Shown: positions 50,328 to 63,097, counted from the first letter of the whole stretch. The stretch is 63,883 nt of DNA, filler included, from Aduncisulcus paluster (GCA_024181965.1; 11 parts of 11 records of this genome joined end to end with filler, not necessarily neighbours in it), one strand, 5' to 3'. Numbers and translations: made by a program. Notes: generated from the letters alone by a model not told the origin.

Positions 50328-53228
50328 ATGGGTATTGTAGCTCGTCCAACAAAGCTTGGAGAATACCCTGTTGAAAAGAAACCTATTCACACTGTTATGA
50401 AAGGAGCTTCTCGTCTCCATTCCTACCAATCAGGTCGTAAAACTGCATCTCCCCGACTTACTGGCTTCCGTTCACAATCAGCCATGGCAGTTACATCACC
50501 TTCGCATCGAGAAACAACGACTCGGTATGATACCCTTGGGCTTGAATCGACTGGACTCAATTCCCCCGAATATTCTCCTGCAAGGCCTATGATGGGGCTT
50601 TCAAAGCATAAGAAAAGGTTAAAACGGCCAGACAGTGCCCTTGCATCGCTTCGATTCTCTTCTGATGTTACCCGGACCCTTTCCGTGCCCTTTACTGTGA
50701 TGTCCAGAGGCCATGTTCCAACCATTGCCCGTGCAAAGCAGTCTAGCGGTGTTGTATGTCCAATTGTTGTTGATATTGTGGATAAAATCAATGATCTTTG
50801 TGGGATGCTTGGTAATCCTATCTTGTACGAAGATTTACTAATCCCATCCGAATATGCAGATGTTCTTGGAATGTTTGGTGTCGATTCTGTGCTTGCTGGT
50901 ATTTCTAATTATGGATTCTTTGAGAAAGATCAGAAAGATCTTGCCTCAAAACTCACTTCTCTCATCAAAGATCCCACGATTGCTCCGTACACTGGTGGAG
51001 AGGAGGAAGAAGAGCGAATTGAGAGGAAAAGAATCGAAAGAGAAGAGCGGAAAAGAAAGAAAGAAGAGGAAAGAGAGGAAATACTCGCCGAGAGCATAGA
51101 TATTCCCCAACAACAACCTTCAGCCGTCACTTCTCAATCTGTAACCGGTAATTCACCGTCTGGAGCCGGTGAAGAAGATGATGTTGGCGAAAAAGCTGAT
51201 TTGTCTGGAAATGTCAAAATCCAAGACGGTGATGTAGCCTCTGATTCGCTTGTTGATTGGAAGAAACCTAGACCTGGTGAAGAAGTCGATCATACTGAAG
51301 CCGAGAGTCATGAATTATCTCATCCCACCGTAAAGATTGGTATGGGCAGCTTGGAGGATACTGAAGAAGAGGAAGAAAATGACTCCGAAGAGGAATCATT
51401 GCCTCCTCTCTCTGTTTTGTATCATTATGTCATGAATACGCCTGTGGCAGCGAGTTATACCATAACTAATGAGAAAGGCAAACATACATTAACCTCTTCT
51501 CTCCCTTCGACGGCTTCTGTGACTTCCTCTTCCTCCGTTATTGGTGTCTCGATGGCCTCTTCTGCCTTCTTGAGTCCAAAGGTGGAAGCTGGAACACCAA
51601 GAACAAGATTAGGGAAAGCGGGTTCAATTAAAACATATATTCGAGGCGATAGTGATATCCAGGTCGCCAAACTCACTTTGCCTGCCCTTTTGCGATTCCT
51701 TCAATTATTGAGATTGCAGGAAGTTACTGCTTCTCGTCTTCTTTCCCTTGAGCCTCGTTCACACGTGAAACAAAGAGCGATGCAACGTGTTGTCGAGCGT
51801 GCTGGAATCGCATGCGGTATTCCTTCCACGTCTGTGCAGGGCGGCGTAGGGACTTCCAAGCGAGGTGGAGTATCCATTGCTGAGGTATATGGTAGAGCTC
51901 AGATTCTTCTTTCCACCTTACAACAACAGCTCAATTCACTCGGGGAAAGGGGTGTTAATAGAAGACGAAGAGACGTGTTGATGGCCATTGATACCAAAGA
52001 AGGAAGTAGATCATCACATGCGACTGTTTCTCTTCCTTTCTCTCCCGGATCTATCCAACCGAGCCATGTTCTGTCAACCCATCCAGAGTTATATTCATCA
52101 AGTACTGTGGCCACCCCTACAATTACCCCAAACAAGGGATCCACGACCAAAAGGAAGGGAAAGAAGAAGAGGAGAAGGAAGCAGATTCTTGTTGCGATCG
52201 ATGATGATGTTGGAGCTCAAGATGATACTGGTAATTTCTCTGAAGTTCCTAGACATGGTGGCAGTAGAAGAAAGGCAATAGATGCGATCGACTCGGGAAA
52301 CTCGATGAATCTATCTGATTATGAGGTCCAGAGCACCACCCCTTCTTCTCTTCCTCACATTGCACGTTCTCAAGGTAAGGGAACCAAGCCAGATGCAGAA
52401 ACCCAGAGGAAAATCCAGATCCAGAGAGAGAAAGAGGAACGTTTGGCTCAGAAACGTGAGGAAGATGCTGTGTTGATGGCTTCGGAAAAAGAAAAGATGG
52501 AAACTGAATATAAGAACGTAATGAAATCTAGGGAAGCCAAGAGAAAAGAAGAATTAAGACAGAAGAAAATATCTGATGAATTGGCCGCTGAAGCTGCTCG
52601 CAAGGCTGTTGAAGCCAGGAAAAAACGAGAAGCTGATTTAGCTCGAATCGAGACAGAAAGAAAGGAAGCTGCGGCAAAAAGACAAGAAGAGGAGAGAAAG
52701 AAGAAATTGGCGGAAAAGAAACGGATTGAAGAGCGGAGGAAACAGCGAGAAGAAGAGAGGAAGCAGAAAATTGCAGAAGAAAAAAGGAAGAAGGAAGAAG
52801 AAGCAAGGAAAGCTGAAGAAGAAAGGAAAAGAAAGGAAAAGGCCAGAAAAGATCGACTTGAGAAGGAAAAACAGAAGCGAGAAGAAGCCAAGAAAAAGAA
52901 AGAAGAAGAAGAACGGAAGAAGAAAGAGGAGGAGGAAGCCAAAGCTCGAAAGAAAGCTGCTGTTGCCGCTGCTCTTGCTCTTTCTGCTGGTCTGGGAACT
53001 GAAAAAACCACACCACGAGCAGGTCAAACAAAGTCAGAAAAATCGACGAAAGATGAGAAAGATAAAGATAAAACTCACACAATTGCTTCCACTAGCTCAA
53101 CCATTCATTTGGATTCTCCTTCAATTTCAAACCTTGGTGGGGCACCATCGGCTTCTCCTGACCTTCTCGGCATTCTCGGGTCAGATTCTCCTTCTCCTTC
53201 TTCCCCTAGCAAGGCAAAGTTATCTTCA
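50328..53228 (+). CDS. Hypothetical protein with a long ER/K charged single-alpha-helix-like region, 3' truncated
   Basis: ORF longer than 960 aa, with about 190 residues of alternating E and R/K blocks near 52390-52960. Confidence 0.75.
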
Positions 53229-53328
53229 NNNNNNNNNNNNNNNNNNNNNNNNNNNNNNNNNNNNNNNNNNNNTTAATTAATTAANNNNNNNNNNNNNNNN
53301 NNNNNNNNNNNNNNNNNNNNNNNNNNNN

Positions 53329-54801
53329 CATAATGAAGAGAGGGTGGGCACGGATGTCAATATAGGCTTTCGTGACAGTGGCGAGATCAGCAGTAGCGGT
53401 AGCATAAAAGAATTCATCGTCTCCAGTCACATAGGTGGACACTGCATACTCAGCTTCAACGTCAGTAACATTGGGAACTGGGATATTCATATCAGTGGCA
53501 ATGGCGGTGGCTGGATTGATGACATCGAGCTCATCTTGGGAGATACCGAGGGTGATTTGATCTCCATCACCGAAAGAACCAGTGTATGGCTCAAGAATAG
53601 CCTTAATGACAAGAGAATAGTCAGGAGCATCGCCGTTGAAAACTGAAACACGATTCATATCACGGGTAGAAATAGCTACCCTAAGATTGGGGTCTGTCGT
53701 TGTGATCTTCCTTGAAACAGAGTGTCCGGCATCGATGGCATGCCAATTAGGAAGCACACTGATGTTGAAATCAATTGAATCAACAGAGTCAATGCCTTCA
53801 GGATAATAATGGAGACTAGAGTCATCAGCGTAGACAGTAAAATACAAATTCTGCCCAGAATAATCCTCAGCTTTGTATTCACTGATATACAAATACCCAT
53901 ATGTCATAGAAATATCCAAAGGATTGCAAACATCGCCAGTAATGGGTTCCACAAGCACAGGACTGTTGGGACCAACAATAATATCCAAGGGAACGTCAGG
54001 AGTGTCAAACATCATCGTAATAGGAACATCTTGATTGTAGTATTGCTGAACAACGTAAGAGAAATACTTGTAGCTTAGTGGGAAAGGTTTCAAACTGAAT
54101 TGGTTGGTTGAAATCCCAATATCAAGGGCTGTAGTCGCCAAACTCACAGCACTAATTGAAGAAACACTACTATAGTCAGTCCCATCAGCAGTTAATGGAT
54201 GAACACAGTAAAATCCAAGATTTGTTGTATCTACAGTCCAATTAAAAGTAGAATTAGCAGAACCATCTGTAGTAAGTCCAGCAGGTGAGGTGAAATTGAT
54301 CGTATTGATCTCTTTTGAGAATGTCACATCAGAATCAGCAGTATTGGTGAATGATATAGTTCCGGTAACTGTTTCAGGAACAAAAAGACAATAAGCAACT
54401 CCATCTTCATCGATACCAGTATTTGTATGTCCATCCTGTAAGAAAACAGCAGAATAGATTGCATAATCTATATTAACTGAGTCAGCACACTTAAAAGAGG
54501 CAATATAATCACCCGATTCAGTAACAGAAACAAAACTGTTCACATAATTATCGAAAATAGTCGTTCCATCACTGTTTTTTGTGATAGTCATCCGGACAGA
54601 ACTTTGGCTTGAGTAAATATAGATACTTTCTCCGGCATGACTTGGAAAAATGAATTCAGTTGCAACTCCTGGCTGAAGAGTCGTGGTTCCTTTGCTGAAG
54701 GATGTGATAGCTAATGGATCAGCCGAAACAGGAACTATGACAAATATAGAAAGAAGAAAAACAATGAAAAAACTAGCATAGAAAAATGTTAAACTTTTCA
54801 T
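53329..54801 (-). CDS. Secreted or surface beta-rich protein with a signal peptide, 3' truncated
   Basis: Signal peptide MKSLTFFYASFFIVFLLSIFVIVPVSA-D, followed by a T/S/D/Y-rich ectodomain. Confidence 0.8.
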
Positions 54802-55208
54802 TTCGCCAAATTTAATAAACATTGTTGTCGGTAAGGGGTCAAAACAAGGAATTCAAGGAGTGGGCTAATCTAGGCGTTTGGATTAGATATTGAAGGATAT
54901 AAAAAAACAATAAAAAATAATCACTCAATGGTATTTCGATCAAGTTGGGTCTATAGAAAAGATATCATACACATTTATTTTATTCCGGTATGAACCGGTA
55001 TGCCGGTGGAGCTTGAGAGAAATCATAGAATCAATCATAGAATGGAAATTAAAAAAAATAATTTTGCCCAATTGATTTTTGAAAAGCTGTTTCACATGAC
55101 AAAGTTCAAAGTAAAGACATTGAGGGAACAATTCCTTCTTCAAGATTTCTCAACAAACCTCTTCTATTTAGAGCAGTTTGGATAAACAATACCAATTTTC
55201 AAATATAT

Positions 55209-56335
55209 ATGGGCTTTTTTAGGAAATCCCCCGTCGAAATTGTGAAAAAGCTAAGCAAGAATATCCCGCTTTTAGCTGCTGAGAGTCGAATCGACTCAAG
55301 AGAAGCAGATAAAAAGAAAATTGACACTGTATGAATTATTTTTCTTTGACTTTTTCACTATTTTATGACATATACCTTACATCTACTCTTTTTCTCTTAC
55401 ATTTTATTTCTTTCAAGCTGAAACAACTCGTTTCCACTGATATTGAGAAATTGAAGACCATTCTTTATGGTTCCCCATCTTCCCTTCCAAATGAGCAAGA
55501 GATTAAAGAAGCAGTCTGTGCTTCTTATGACGAGGATCTGATCCGTCTTATTATCGTGAATTTTAGAATTTTACCCTTTGAAACACAAAAATCATCCTCT
55601 CACATAATCACAAATCTCATTCGAAAGAATAGGGATGGTACTCAAGCCACTGATAGTTCCTGTCCTGCCGTCTCTTATTTCAAGAGTAATCCGAGTATCC
55701 TCAAATATTTATTTGATGGATATAAAGATTCCTCAATTATTGTTTCATGTGGGTTAATGCTTCGAGAGTTGATTCGTCTTCGAGATGTTTGTAAAATGGT
55801 ATTGAATTCTCATTTGATCTATGACGTTCTTTTTAAACAGCTTCTTTCTGACAATTTTGATGTAGCAAGTGAATCATTTACTCTTTTGAAGCATATTCTT
55901 CTTCGTTTCCGAATCCTCACGTCAGAATTCCTCTCCAGAGAATATGACATTTTTTTCAAAAACTACAATACTCTTCTGCTGGAAGGCAATTTTGTTATCA
56001 AACGACAAGCTCTGAAACTCCTCAGTGAAATTCTGATAGAGCCCAGAAATGGAGATGTCCGAGATCGTTATATCGGTGTTGATGAAAATCTCAAACTTAT
56101 TATGGTCTTTTTGAAGGACAAGTCTGCTGCCATTAGAAATGAAGCTTTTCATGTGTTTAAGGTTTTTGTTGCCAACCCCAGAAAGACAACTGAAGTTGTA
56201 AATATTCTTAAACGAAACAAAGACAAGGTTATTACTTTCCTCAAAGAATTTGAGGTTGAGAAAGAGTACGATTCTTTTAAGAAGGAAAAACAAATTTTGC
56301 TAAAGAGCATTCGAGACATTGATAAAGTTCACTAA
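55209..56335 (+). CDS. CAB39: MO25/CAB39 (Hym1) scaffold protein; exon 55209-55328, intron 55329-55417
   Basis: KSPVEIVK, K.ILYG, CGLMLRE, FDVASESF, NFVIKRQALKLLSEIL and IRNEAFHVFKVFVANP.K. A phase-0 GTATGA..AAG intron joins the exons. Confidence 0.95.
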
Positions 56336-56892
56336 TTTTTTGCTGGTCACTGACCACTGGTGCTGCCAGTGGAGCACGTGCAGCAAAAAACTAGTCAATG
56401 TCTATCAAGGTCTAATAATGCTTCTGTCTGAAATTTATTTTTTTCCTTTTTCGAAATAAATGCTCAGATATATCATTGCTGACCTGTTTCCCGTGAAACA
56501 AACCTCCCTCACTCTAAGATTAGATTCTACAACCAAATTGAACTTTTAACAGGTTAGAAAATGAAAATTTGTTCAGTTACCTATTATATTGTACAAGGAA
56601 CTGCGATAATTTCTTCGTGACATTTTGGTATTGATTTTGATGCCATCCATGGAATACCAAAGCACAAAACAAACAATTGAAACATTAAAGGAAAGTTTGA
56701 AATATTGTGTATGTATTTTTATCTGTTGTATTTTATGATTGAACTCTATCTAACCAACTTGTTTTATTCGATAGTCTTTGGCTGANNNNNNNNNNNNNNN
56801 NNNNNGTTAGAAAATGAAAATTTGTTCAGTTACCTATTATATTGTACAAGGAACTGCGATAATTTCTTCGTGACATTTTGGTATTGATTTTG

Positions 56893-58203
56893 ATGCCATC
56901 CATGGAATACCAAAGCACAAAACAAACAATTGAAACATTAAAGGAAAGTTTGAAATATTGTGTATGTATTTTTATCTGTTGTATTTTATGATTGAACTCT
57001 ATCTAACCAACTTGTTTTATTCGATAGTCTTTGGCTGAAAAAAGGACAATTGAACGTGAAATTGCCCGGGCTACGGTTCTTCTCAAGTCTCTTCCAGAAC
57101 CTGTTTCCACCCCAAAGCGAAAGAGTCAAGAAAGAAAAGAACTTGCTGCAAAAGTGTTCGATTCCAATGGGGGGGAAGATGAGTGGGCTCTTCTCGCTAA
57201 AAAAGATGCTGAAACTGCTAAAAAAGAAGAGATTGCCAAACGTGACAAGCGTAGACAGAAAGAATGTGAATGGAAGGCAGAACTTCGTGAGACTGTGAAA
57301 CAACAAACTCTCAAGCGAAAAACCCAAAAAGAGGACCATGTTGATTTCGAGCAAACATGCCTTGGTGGAATTGGGAAGTATGAAATTTCAAGAAAACGTG
57401 AGGCTGCCAAATATCGTAAGCAGTTGAAGGAAGAGCGTGATGCCGACGTTCAAATTCAGAAGCAACGAATTAAGGCCGCCAAACAAAGCGAATTGCTCCA
57501 AGACAAGGTTTATATGCAGTCTGCGATGATTATCAGCAGCAAAAGAGCCATTGAAGAGGAAGCTAAGAAGAAGCGTGTTAGAGCTGAACGCATGAGTTAT
57601 ACTTCTTCTCCTTCATATCGAAGACTAATCTCCAGACAAAAAGAGAACGCCAAACGTGAGAAGAAAGAGGTCGAAGAAATTATCCGTGCTGATATTGCCC
57701 GTGAAGAGCAGAAACTTAAACAGGAAAAGTCTAGACGCCAGGTTATCCAGGCTCGTGAAAAGCGTGCTGAAGCTGTTATTCAAGCCGGCCATCATCTTGA
57801 GAAAGAAGCTACTTTGTATAGATCCATGCCAAAATCTGGAACTCCTCTTGTCGACCGTTTTGGACATGAGAATACCGATAAACTTCCTTCTTGCAAGCCT
57901 GAAGCTGAACGCAGAGCTATTTTGGTAAAATTGAGAAAAGAACAAGAACAACAATTTAAAGAAAGAAAGATGGAAACCAAACGCGAAAGAGAATCAGAAA
58001 AAGAGTTCCATCGCACTTTTTCCAAGAATCTCGGAGGAATTGAGGATGAAGAACGGAAAAAGAAGCAAAAAGTTCATGAAGAAAAACGTAAATACGGTTC
58101 AGAGCTGTTGAAACAGATGGAAGAACATCACAAACAAGAGGAAGAGCAATTCAAAATGACCGAGTTTGAGAAGGCGAGAAATGCTCATCGTTTGTTGTTG
58201 TAA
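56893..58203 (+). CDS. Charged coiled-coil protein, possibly flagellar or microtubule-associated; intron 56962-57027
   Basis: Exon 1 (MPSMEYQ...LKYC) joins ORF 57031 in frame through a GTATGT..CTAAC..TAG intron. E/K/R/Q-rich helices throughout. Confidence 0.7.
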
Positions 58204-58454
58204 TAAAATTATATTAGGTTTACACATCATTTTTCTTGTTTTTTGTGCATTTTTCGAACATATATCCACTTAATTTGATGATTGACGCCGTCAATGAACG
58301 ATGACGTTCATTTTGCTGATTTCTTCCGAAACAGGTATGTATTCAATTATATCATTTCGTATTTTTTTATTCAATTCTATCTTATATTAATTTATTTTAA
58401 ATTTTGAAACAATTATTCAAGCTACCAGCTAATTTCATAAAATTAGCTTAGTTG

Positions 58455-60369
58455 ATGGAATTAAAGGATATTGTGAAAGAATCAGATGATTTTCACGTCA
58501 TTAAATCCAACCATGTTAATAATCAAGTAGTGGTTGGTCTTCTTTCTGGAGTGGTCAAAAGGTATGTTTTATGAAATTATTTTTCCCTCTTCTCGTTTAA
58601 TTCTTTAATTTCGATAAATATATATTTCATTCTTTTAGCTATATGATCACAGACGAAGGTAAACTTGATCTTATGTGGGAATGTCGAGCATTACATGGAT
58701 CAATTCGTGATATTTCATTCAACCTTGAAGGGACTCTGTTTGTCGCCGGTGGATCCTATGGTGATATTGCTATTTTCAATTCTAGTGATGGAATGAAGGT
58801 ATGGGGCAGGAAAGATGCTCATTTATCGAGTGTTAATTGTGTATATTTCCAAATTGGCCCCCATCCGATGATGGTAGAAGTAGGCAACTATTCAAAGGCA
58901 CGCCCAATATCTCTTGTCACCTCCCACCTCATTGTAACAGGAGATGATGAAGGCGTAATCAAATTATGGGATATGCGAAGATCAATTCTTGAAGGTAATG
59001 AAGATGATATTTGGGATGAAATTGAGTCGTCGAAACAAGGAATCTCCTCTAAATCGTCAAAGACAAAAGGAAAAAAAAAGACTTCTAAGTCCAAACATAA
59101 AGATTCCATGNNNNNNNNNNNNNNNNNNNNTGTAACAGGAGATGATGAAGGCGTAATCAAATTATGGGATATGCGAAGATCAATTCTTGAAGGTAATGAA
59201 GATGATATTTGGGATGAAATTGAGTCGTCGAAACAAGGAATCTCCTCTAAATCGTCAAAGACAAAAGGAAAAAAAAAAGACTTCTAAGTCCAAACATAAA
59301 GATTCCATGACAACCTCTGAGAATGTTGTTATCGTTGGTTCCAAGCGTCGCAAAGGTTCAACTCCCCTTTCTTCGAGTAAGAAACAAACAAAGAAACGGT
59401 CTCATCTTGCGTCCACCCTCATTTCCTCCTTTTCCTCTTCTCCATCCGCCAAGATCGATGATTCTGTGTTTCTCGAAGTGAATCCTCTCGATGAAGCTCT
59501 TCTCTCCGTTGTGCACGATTCTGCCGACTTCATTACTCAGTGTCTTTACGATAGTTCTGTGAACCATCTTCTTGTCAGCAGTGGAGATGGCACTATCTAC
59601 ATCTATGATCTTGTTCCAGCCCACACTCCTGACGGTATGGTCTTCTCTCTCTCTCTTTGGAGTCTGTCTGATACGATAGACGAAGAGATAAGTTGCATGA
59701 CACTCCTCAAGGAAGGAAATAAGCTCATCTGCGGAACAAACCAAGGATATCTGATATCTTTTAACAATGAACGCTTTGAGAAAAAGTGGACTTTCCCGCA
59801 AGACTACTTTCCTTTGATTGAAGGGCTGGGAAAGACAAAGGAAGACGAAGATAATATAACTGTGGATTGCCTCGTTCCCCTTGATAAGGATTCGTTGCTT
59901 GTTAGTGGCTCTGATGGATTGATTAGAGCCGTTCAAATCCAACCAAACCATGTTATTGGTGTCTTAGCTGCCCATGGACCCATTCAGCAGGCCAGCGCCA
60001 TCAATTCCCTTGAGATCAGCTGTGATAGAGAGTATGTAATCTCCGGCGGTATGGACGGGTCTCTTCGGGTATTCTATGTTGGATTTTTGTTCGCTGCCGA
60101 GACAGAAACTGAACGAATCGAGAGAGAAAAGGAAGAGAAGAAACTTAGAAGGGAGAAGAGAAGAGTGAGAAGGGAAGAAAGAAAGAAGAAGAGAGAGGAA
60201 GAGAAAGGAGAGAATGATGATGTCGATTCTGACGAGTCTGAGTCTGAGTCTGAAGATTCATATTCTTCCTCCGAGACTTCCGAGTCGTTGTCAGAGCTCT
60301 CATCCGTCGTTGAATCTTCAGGTTCTATTGATATTGAAGCTTTCACAGCTGCTCTGAATCTTCTTACAG
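58455..60369 (+). CDS. WDR55: WD40 protein, WDR55/JIP5-like; intron 58562-58638, 3' truncated
   Basis: HGSIRDISF..EG, AH.SSVN, TGDDEGVIKLWDMR, DFIT, SGDGT and GSDGLIRAV...PN.VIGV...HG. A phase-2 GTATGT..TAG intron joins the exons. A gap duplication with an A9/A10 difference explains the frame break. Confidence 0.8.
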
Positions 60370-60692
60370 NNNNNNNNNNNNNNNNNNNNNNNNNNNNNNN
60401 NNNNNNNNNNNNNTTAATTAATTAANNNNNNNNNNNNNNNNNNNNNNNNNNNNNNNNNNNNNNNNNNNNTATTGAGATAGGACCCTCCTCCCGAAATGGA
60501 AACCTAATTTTTACTACAGAACTTCAACAAATGATTTTAACGATAGATCATACAAAACTTTTGTACAAAAGATCCAACATAAATGAATGAATGATTTATA
60601 GCTTTAGAATCTTATACGAAAGATTCAAAACTCACAAAATGAACAAATGTTACAGGTTGTTATTCAAGAAATTTGTCTCACTCGATAAGACA

Positions 60693-61613
60693 TTACACAG
60701 ATTGTTCAGGGGTTTTAGTTTTCCCAAGTTTCTCAGGGGATATTTCTTTGTCCAATTCGACACAATCTTTTGTTTCCCTCTTACGACAGAACATAAATAA
60801 CAAAGCAGAAACAATAACAAGGGATCCACCGACGATCAGGAGAACAATGCCAGGCAACTTCAACTTGGAAGGCTCTGCAGTTTGTTCAGTTCCAGCTTCA
60901 CCAAAATCTCCACCAAACTCGTTTTGATAAATGTAACAATGCGAATTGACGTCATAAACATAAACCATGAGATAAGTTACGGGATAATTTGTCAACGTGG
61001 AACACGTAAAAGTCATATCATCGGTGTCAATATCTGTTGTCACACGTGTATATCCAGATAATTGAATATCTGAGGCGATCACGGAATATGAATCGGTACT
61101 TATTGGGGTGATTCCAACGTTAAGTTCTGTGGCATATGAAACAGACAGGCATTGACCATCACATAGGACTTCAGTGTCAGCATCACACGTTCCAGAAGAA
61201 GACTCAGAAATAGTCATCGGTATCGTGGTGGTCAAGAGAGAAGTGGTATAGTTTTTCATGATAACAGATAACTCAGTCTCAATATCGTAAGAACCTGAGA
61301 AATAGGTCGGACTACCTCCTGTAGCGGTAATGAATTGGTCAGATTGATAATAATAAGACTCCATCTCCGCGGCAGAAACACCTCTTTCTTCAAGGGCTGC
61401 CATATCTTTATCTGAAACATCACATGATTGGCCAGATATTATATCAAAAGTTATTACACTCAATGAGAAATAGGTATTGAAGACATCTGGGTCAAGTGTG
61501 GCCGGATTTTGGACATTCACATAGGTGGTTCCAATAGAATCTTCAAACAAAGAGAGAGAGGGTTGCGTGGAGAGTCCATTCATTCTCGTGACGAACGTCC
61601 TATAAATAAACAC
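60693..61613 (-). CDS. Type I membrane protein, C-terminal part (5' end unclear or frameshifted)
   Basis: S/T/D-rich, Cys-containing ectodomain, then the TM segment LPGIVLLIVGGSLVIVSALLFMFC, RKR and a short tail. No signal peptide in this frame. Confidence 0.7.
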   Translation of the reverse strand: MFIYRTFVTRMNGLSTQPSLSLFEDSIGTTYVNVQNPATLDPDVFNTYFSLSVITFDIISGQSCDVSDKDMAALEERGVSAAEMESYYYQSDQFITATGGSPTYFSGSYDIETELSVIMKNYTTSLLTTTIPMTISESSSGTCDADTEVLCDGQCLSVSYATELNVGITPISTDSYSVIASDIQLSGYTRVTTDIDTDDMTFTCSTLTNYPVTYLMVYVYDVNSHCYIYQNEFGGDFGEAGTEQTAEPSKLKLPGIVLLIVGGSLVIVSALLFMFCRKRETKDCVELDKEISPEKLGKTKTPEQSV

Positions 61614-62801
61614 ATCCTGTTTGGAAGATAGTTGGACACATAGGTGTAGGCGACGTAATAAAGAGGCTCATAATCTCGGAGAACGGTATGGGAAGAGCAT
61701 GAGCAGCTATTAATTAATTAATTAAGGGTGAATCCGGCGGCTTAGCCGGGAATCCCGGCTGGTTTTTTCTCGGCTATGCTTTACGCAACTTTGAGGCGGC
61801 GCATCAAAGTTTCCCGGCTGGATGTAAATTCCTTTTTTCTTGGGAAATAACGATAAATTAAAATAATGAATGAGTAATATATAAGAATGAGAATTGTCTG
61901 TTAATTCAATTGAAAACGATATAGATCTAGGCTCTGACAGATTCTTTTTGGAAGAAGAAAATGAATTTTGAGCAACATCAAGGTGTATTTATAATGAGTG
62001 AGTTGATTAATAGAGAATATGATAAACATCCCAATCCTTCTTTCAGCGAATTCTTAGCTAATGATCTTTTGATTCATCTATGTCGAGAGACCCACTACTG
62101 TTGAACAGTAACTGTTTTGATGTCGTTGATTTGAAACCAGAAGATATGGCTGACCTTTCTGAACTCATACGACCGCCAAGTTTCACCCTTCAAACAATTC
62201 CAACATTCTCATGTATATAACCAGCAACGGATCGATGCGTATCATTAATCCTAGAGTCCGTTGTTTGCATGATAAGCTGTGTTTATACATTCAGAAACGC
62301 CTTGATATGAAGGCTGGAATTTATTTTTAGGGATGATTTGTATTTGGAGAATACATTCAGATTCAATGCCTCAAACTTCAAGTTATTTTAACATAAAAAT
62401 ACACCTATTATTTCTACGCATCCATAACTTCATTATAGTATAGAACAGTATACAGTATAGTACAGTAGAGTGATTTGGTAGTGATGCGCCAACATCCCCA
62501 AATTAACCCTCCCCAAATCTTCTCTTTCTTCTCACCTTCAGATCTGCCTATTTTTCTCGAAAAACAACTATTTACACTAATAACTATATTGATTTATCTC
62601 TTATTTTTATATATTTAATGTTATTCCGTCCTAATTTGTTGTTGATCTGTGTTTTTTTGACATTATTGGTTCACATTTCTGCGAAGAATATATACTGCGA
62701 TNNNNNNNNNNNNNNNNNNNNNNNNNNNNNNNNNNNNNNNNNNNNTTAATTAATTAANNNNNNNNNNNNNNNNNNNNNNNNNNNNNNNNNNNNNNNNNNN
62801 N

Positions 62802-63097
62802 GGTTTTATATGTATATCGTGACTTAACTCAATGGTCAGCTGGGACAAGTAATCTATTAAAATTCCAACATTGTGGTTGTTGAATGCATTAATATAGGCC
62901 AGGGGGGGATCGTCATATACGCCAACCAGAATGGCATTTTCCATTTTGTAAGCCTTTTCGTCGGTAAATATGCCGCCTTGGGCGCTGTAATACTCAAACA
63001 GATTCATATTGTATCTCAGCATTAAATCAAGATTTCGTATCCCAAGGGACATACAGACCAGAATCAGTACCAGCACTATAATTCTTTTTTTCTTCAT
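62802..63097 (-). CDS. Bacterial extracellular solute-binding (family 3-like) domain protein, N-terminal fragment
   Basis: Signal/TM MKKKRIIVLVLILVC; motifs FTDEK.Y, ILVGVYDDPPLAYI and GILIDYL. A Shine-Dalgarno-like GGGGTG lies 6 nt upstream of the ATG. Confidence 0.75.

Noticed and set aside
52448..53082. Antisense F/S/L-rich ORFs (also at 37484-38322, 24828-25241, 17315-17926)
   Set aside because: They are shadows of GAA/AAG-rich sense coding sequence, which lacks stop codons on the reverse strand.
59187..59290. Programmed frameshift in the WD40 gene
   Set aside because: The first assembled copy has A9 and stays in frame; only the duplicate has A10. This is a homopolymer or allelic artefact.
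61710..62510. piggyBac element bounded by TTAA
   Set aside because: The ends (TTAAGGG at the left, TTAACCC at the right) are not in the TTAA-CCC...GGG-TTAA arrangement, and no TIR pair or transposase is visible.
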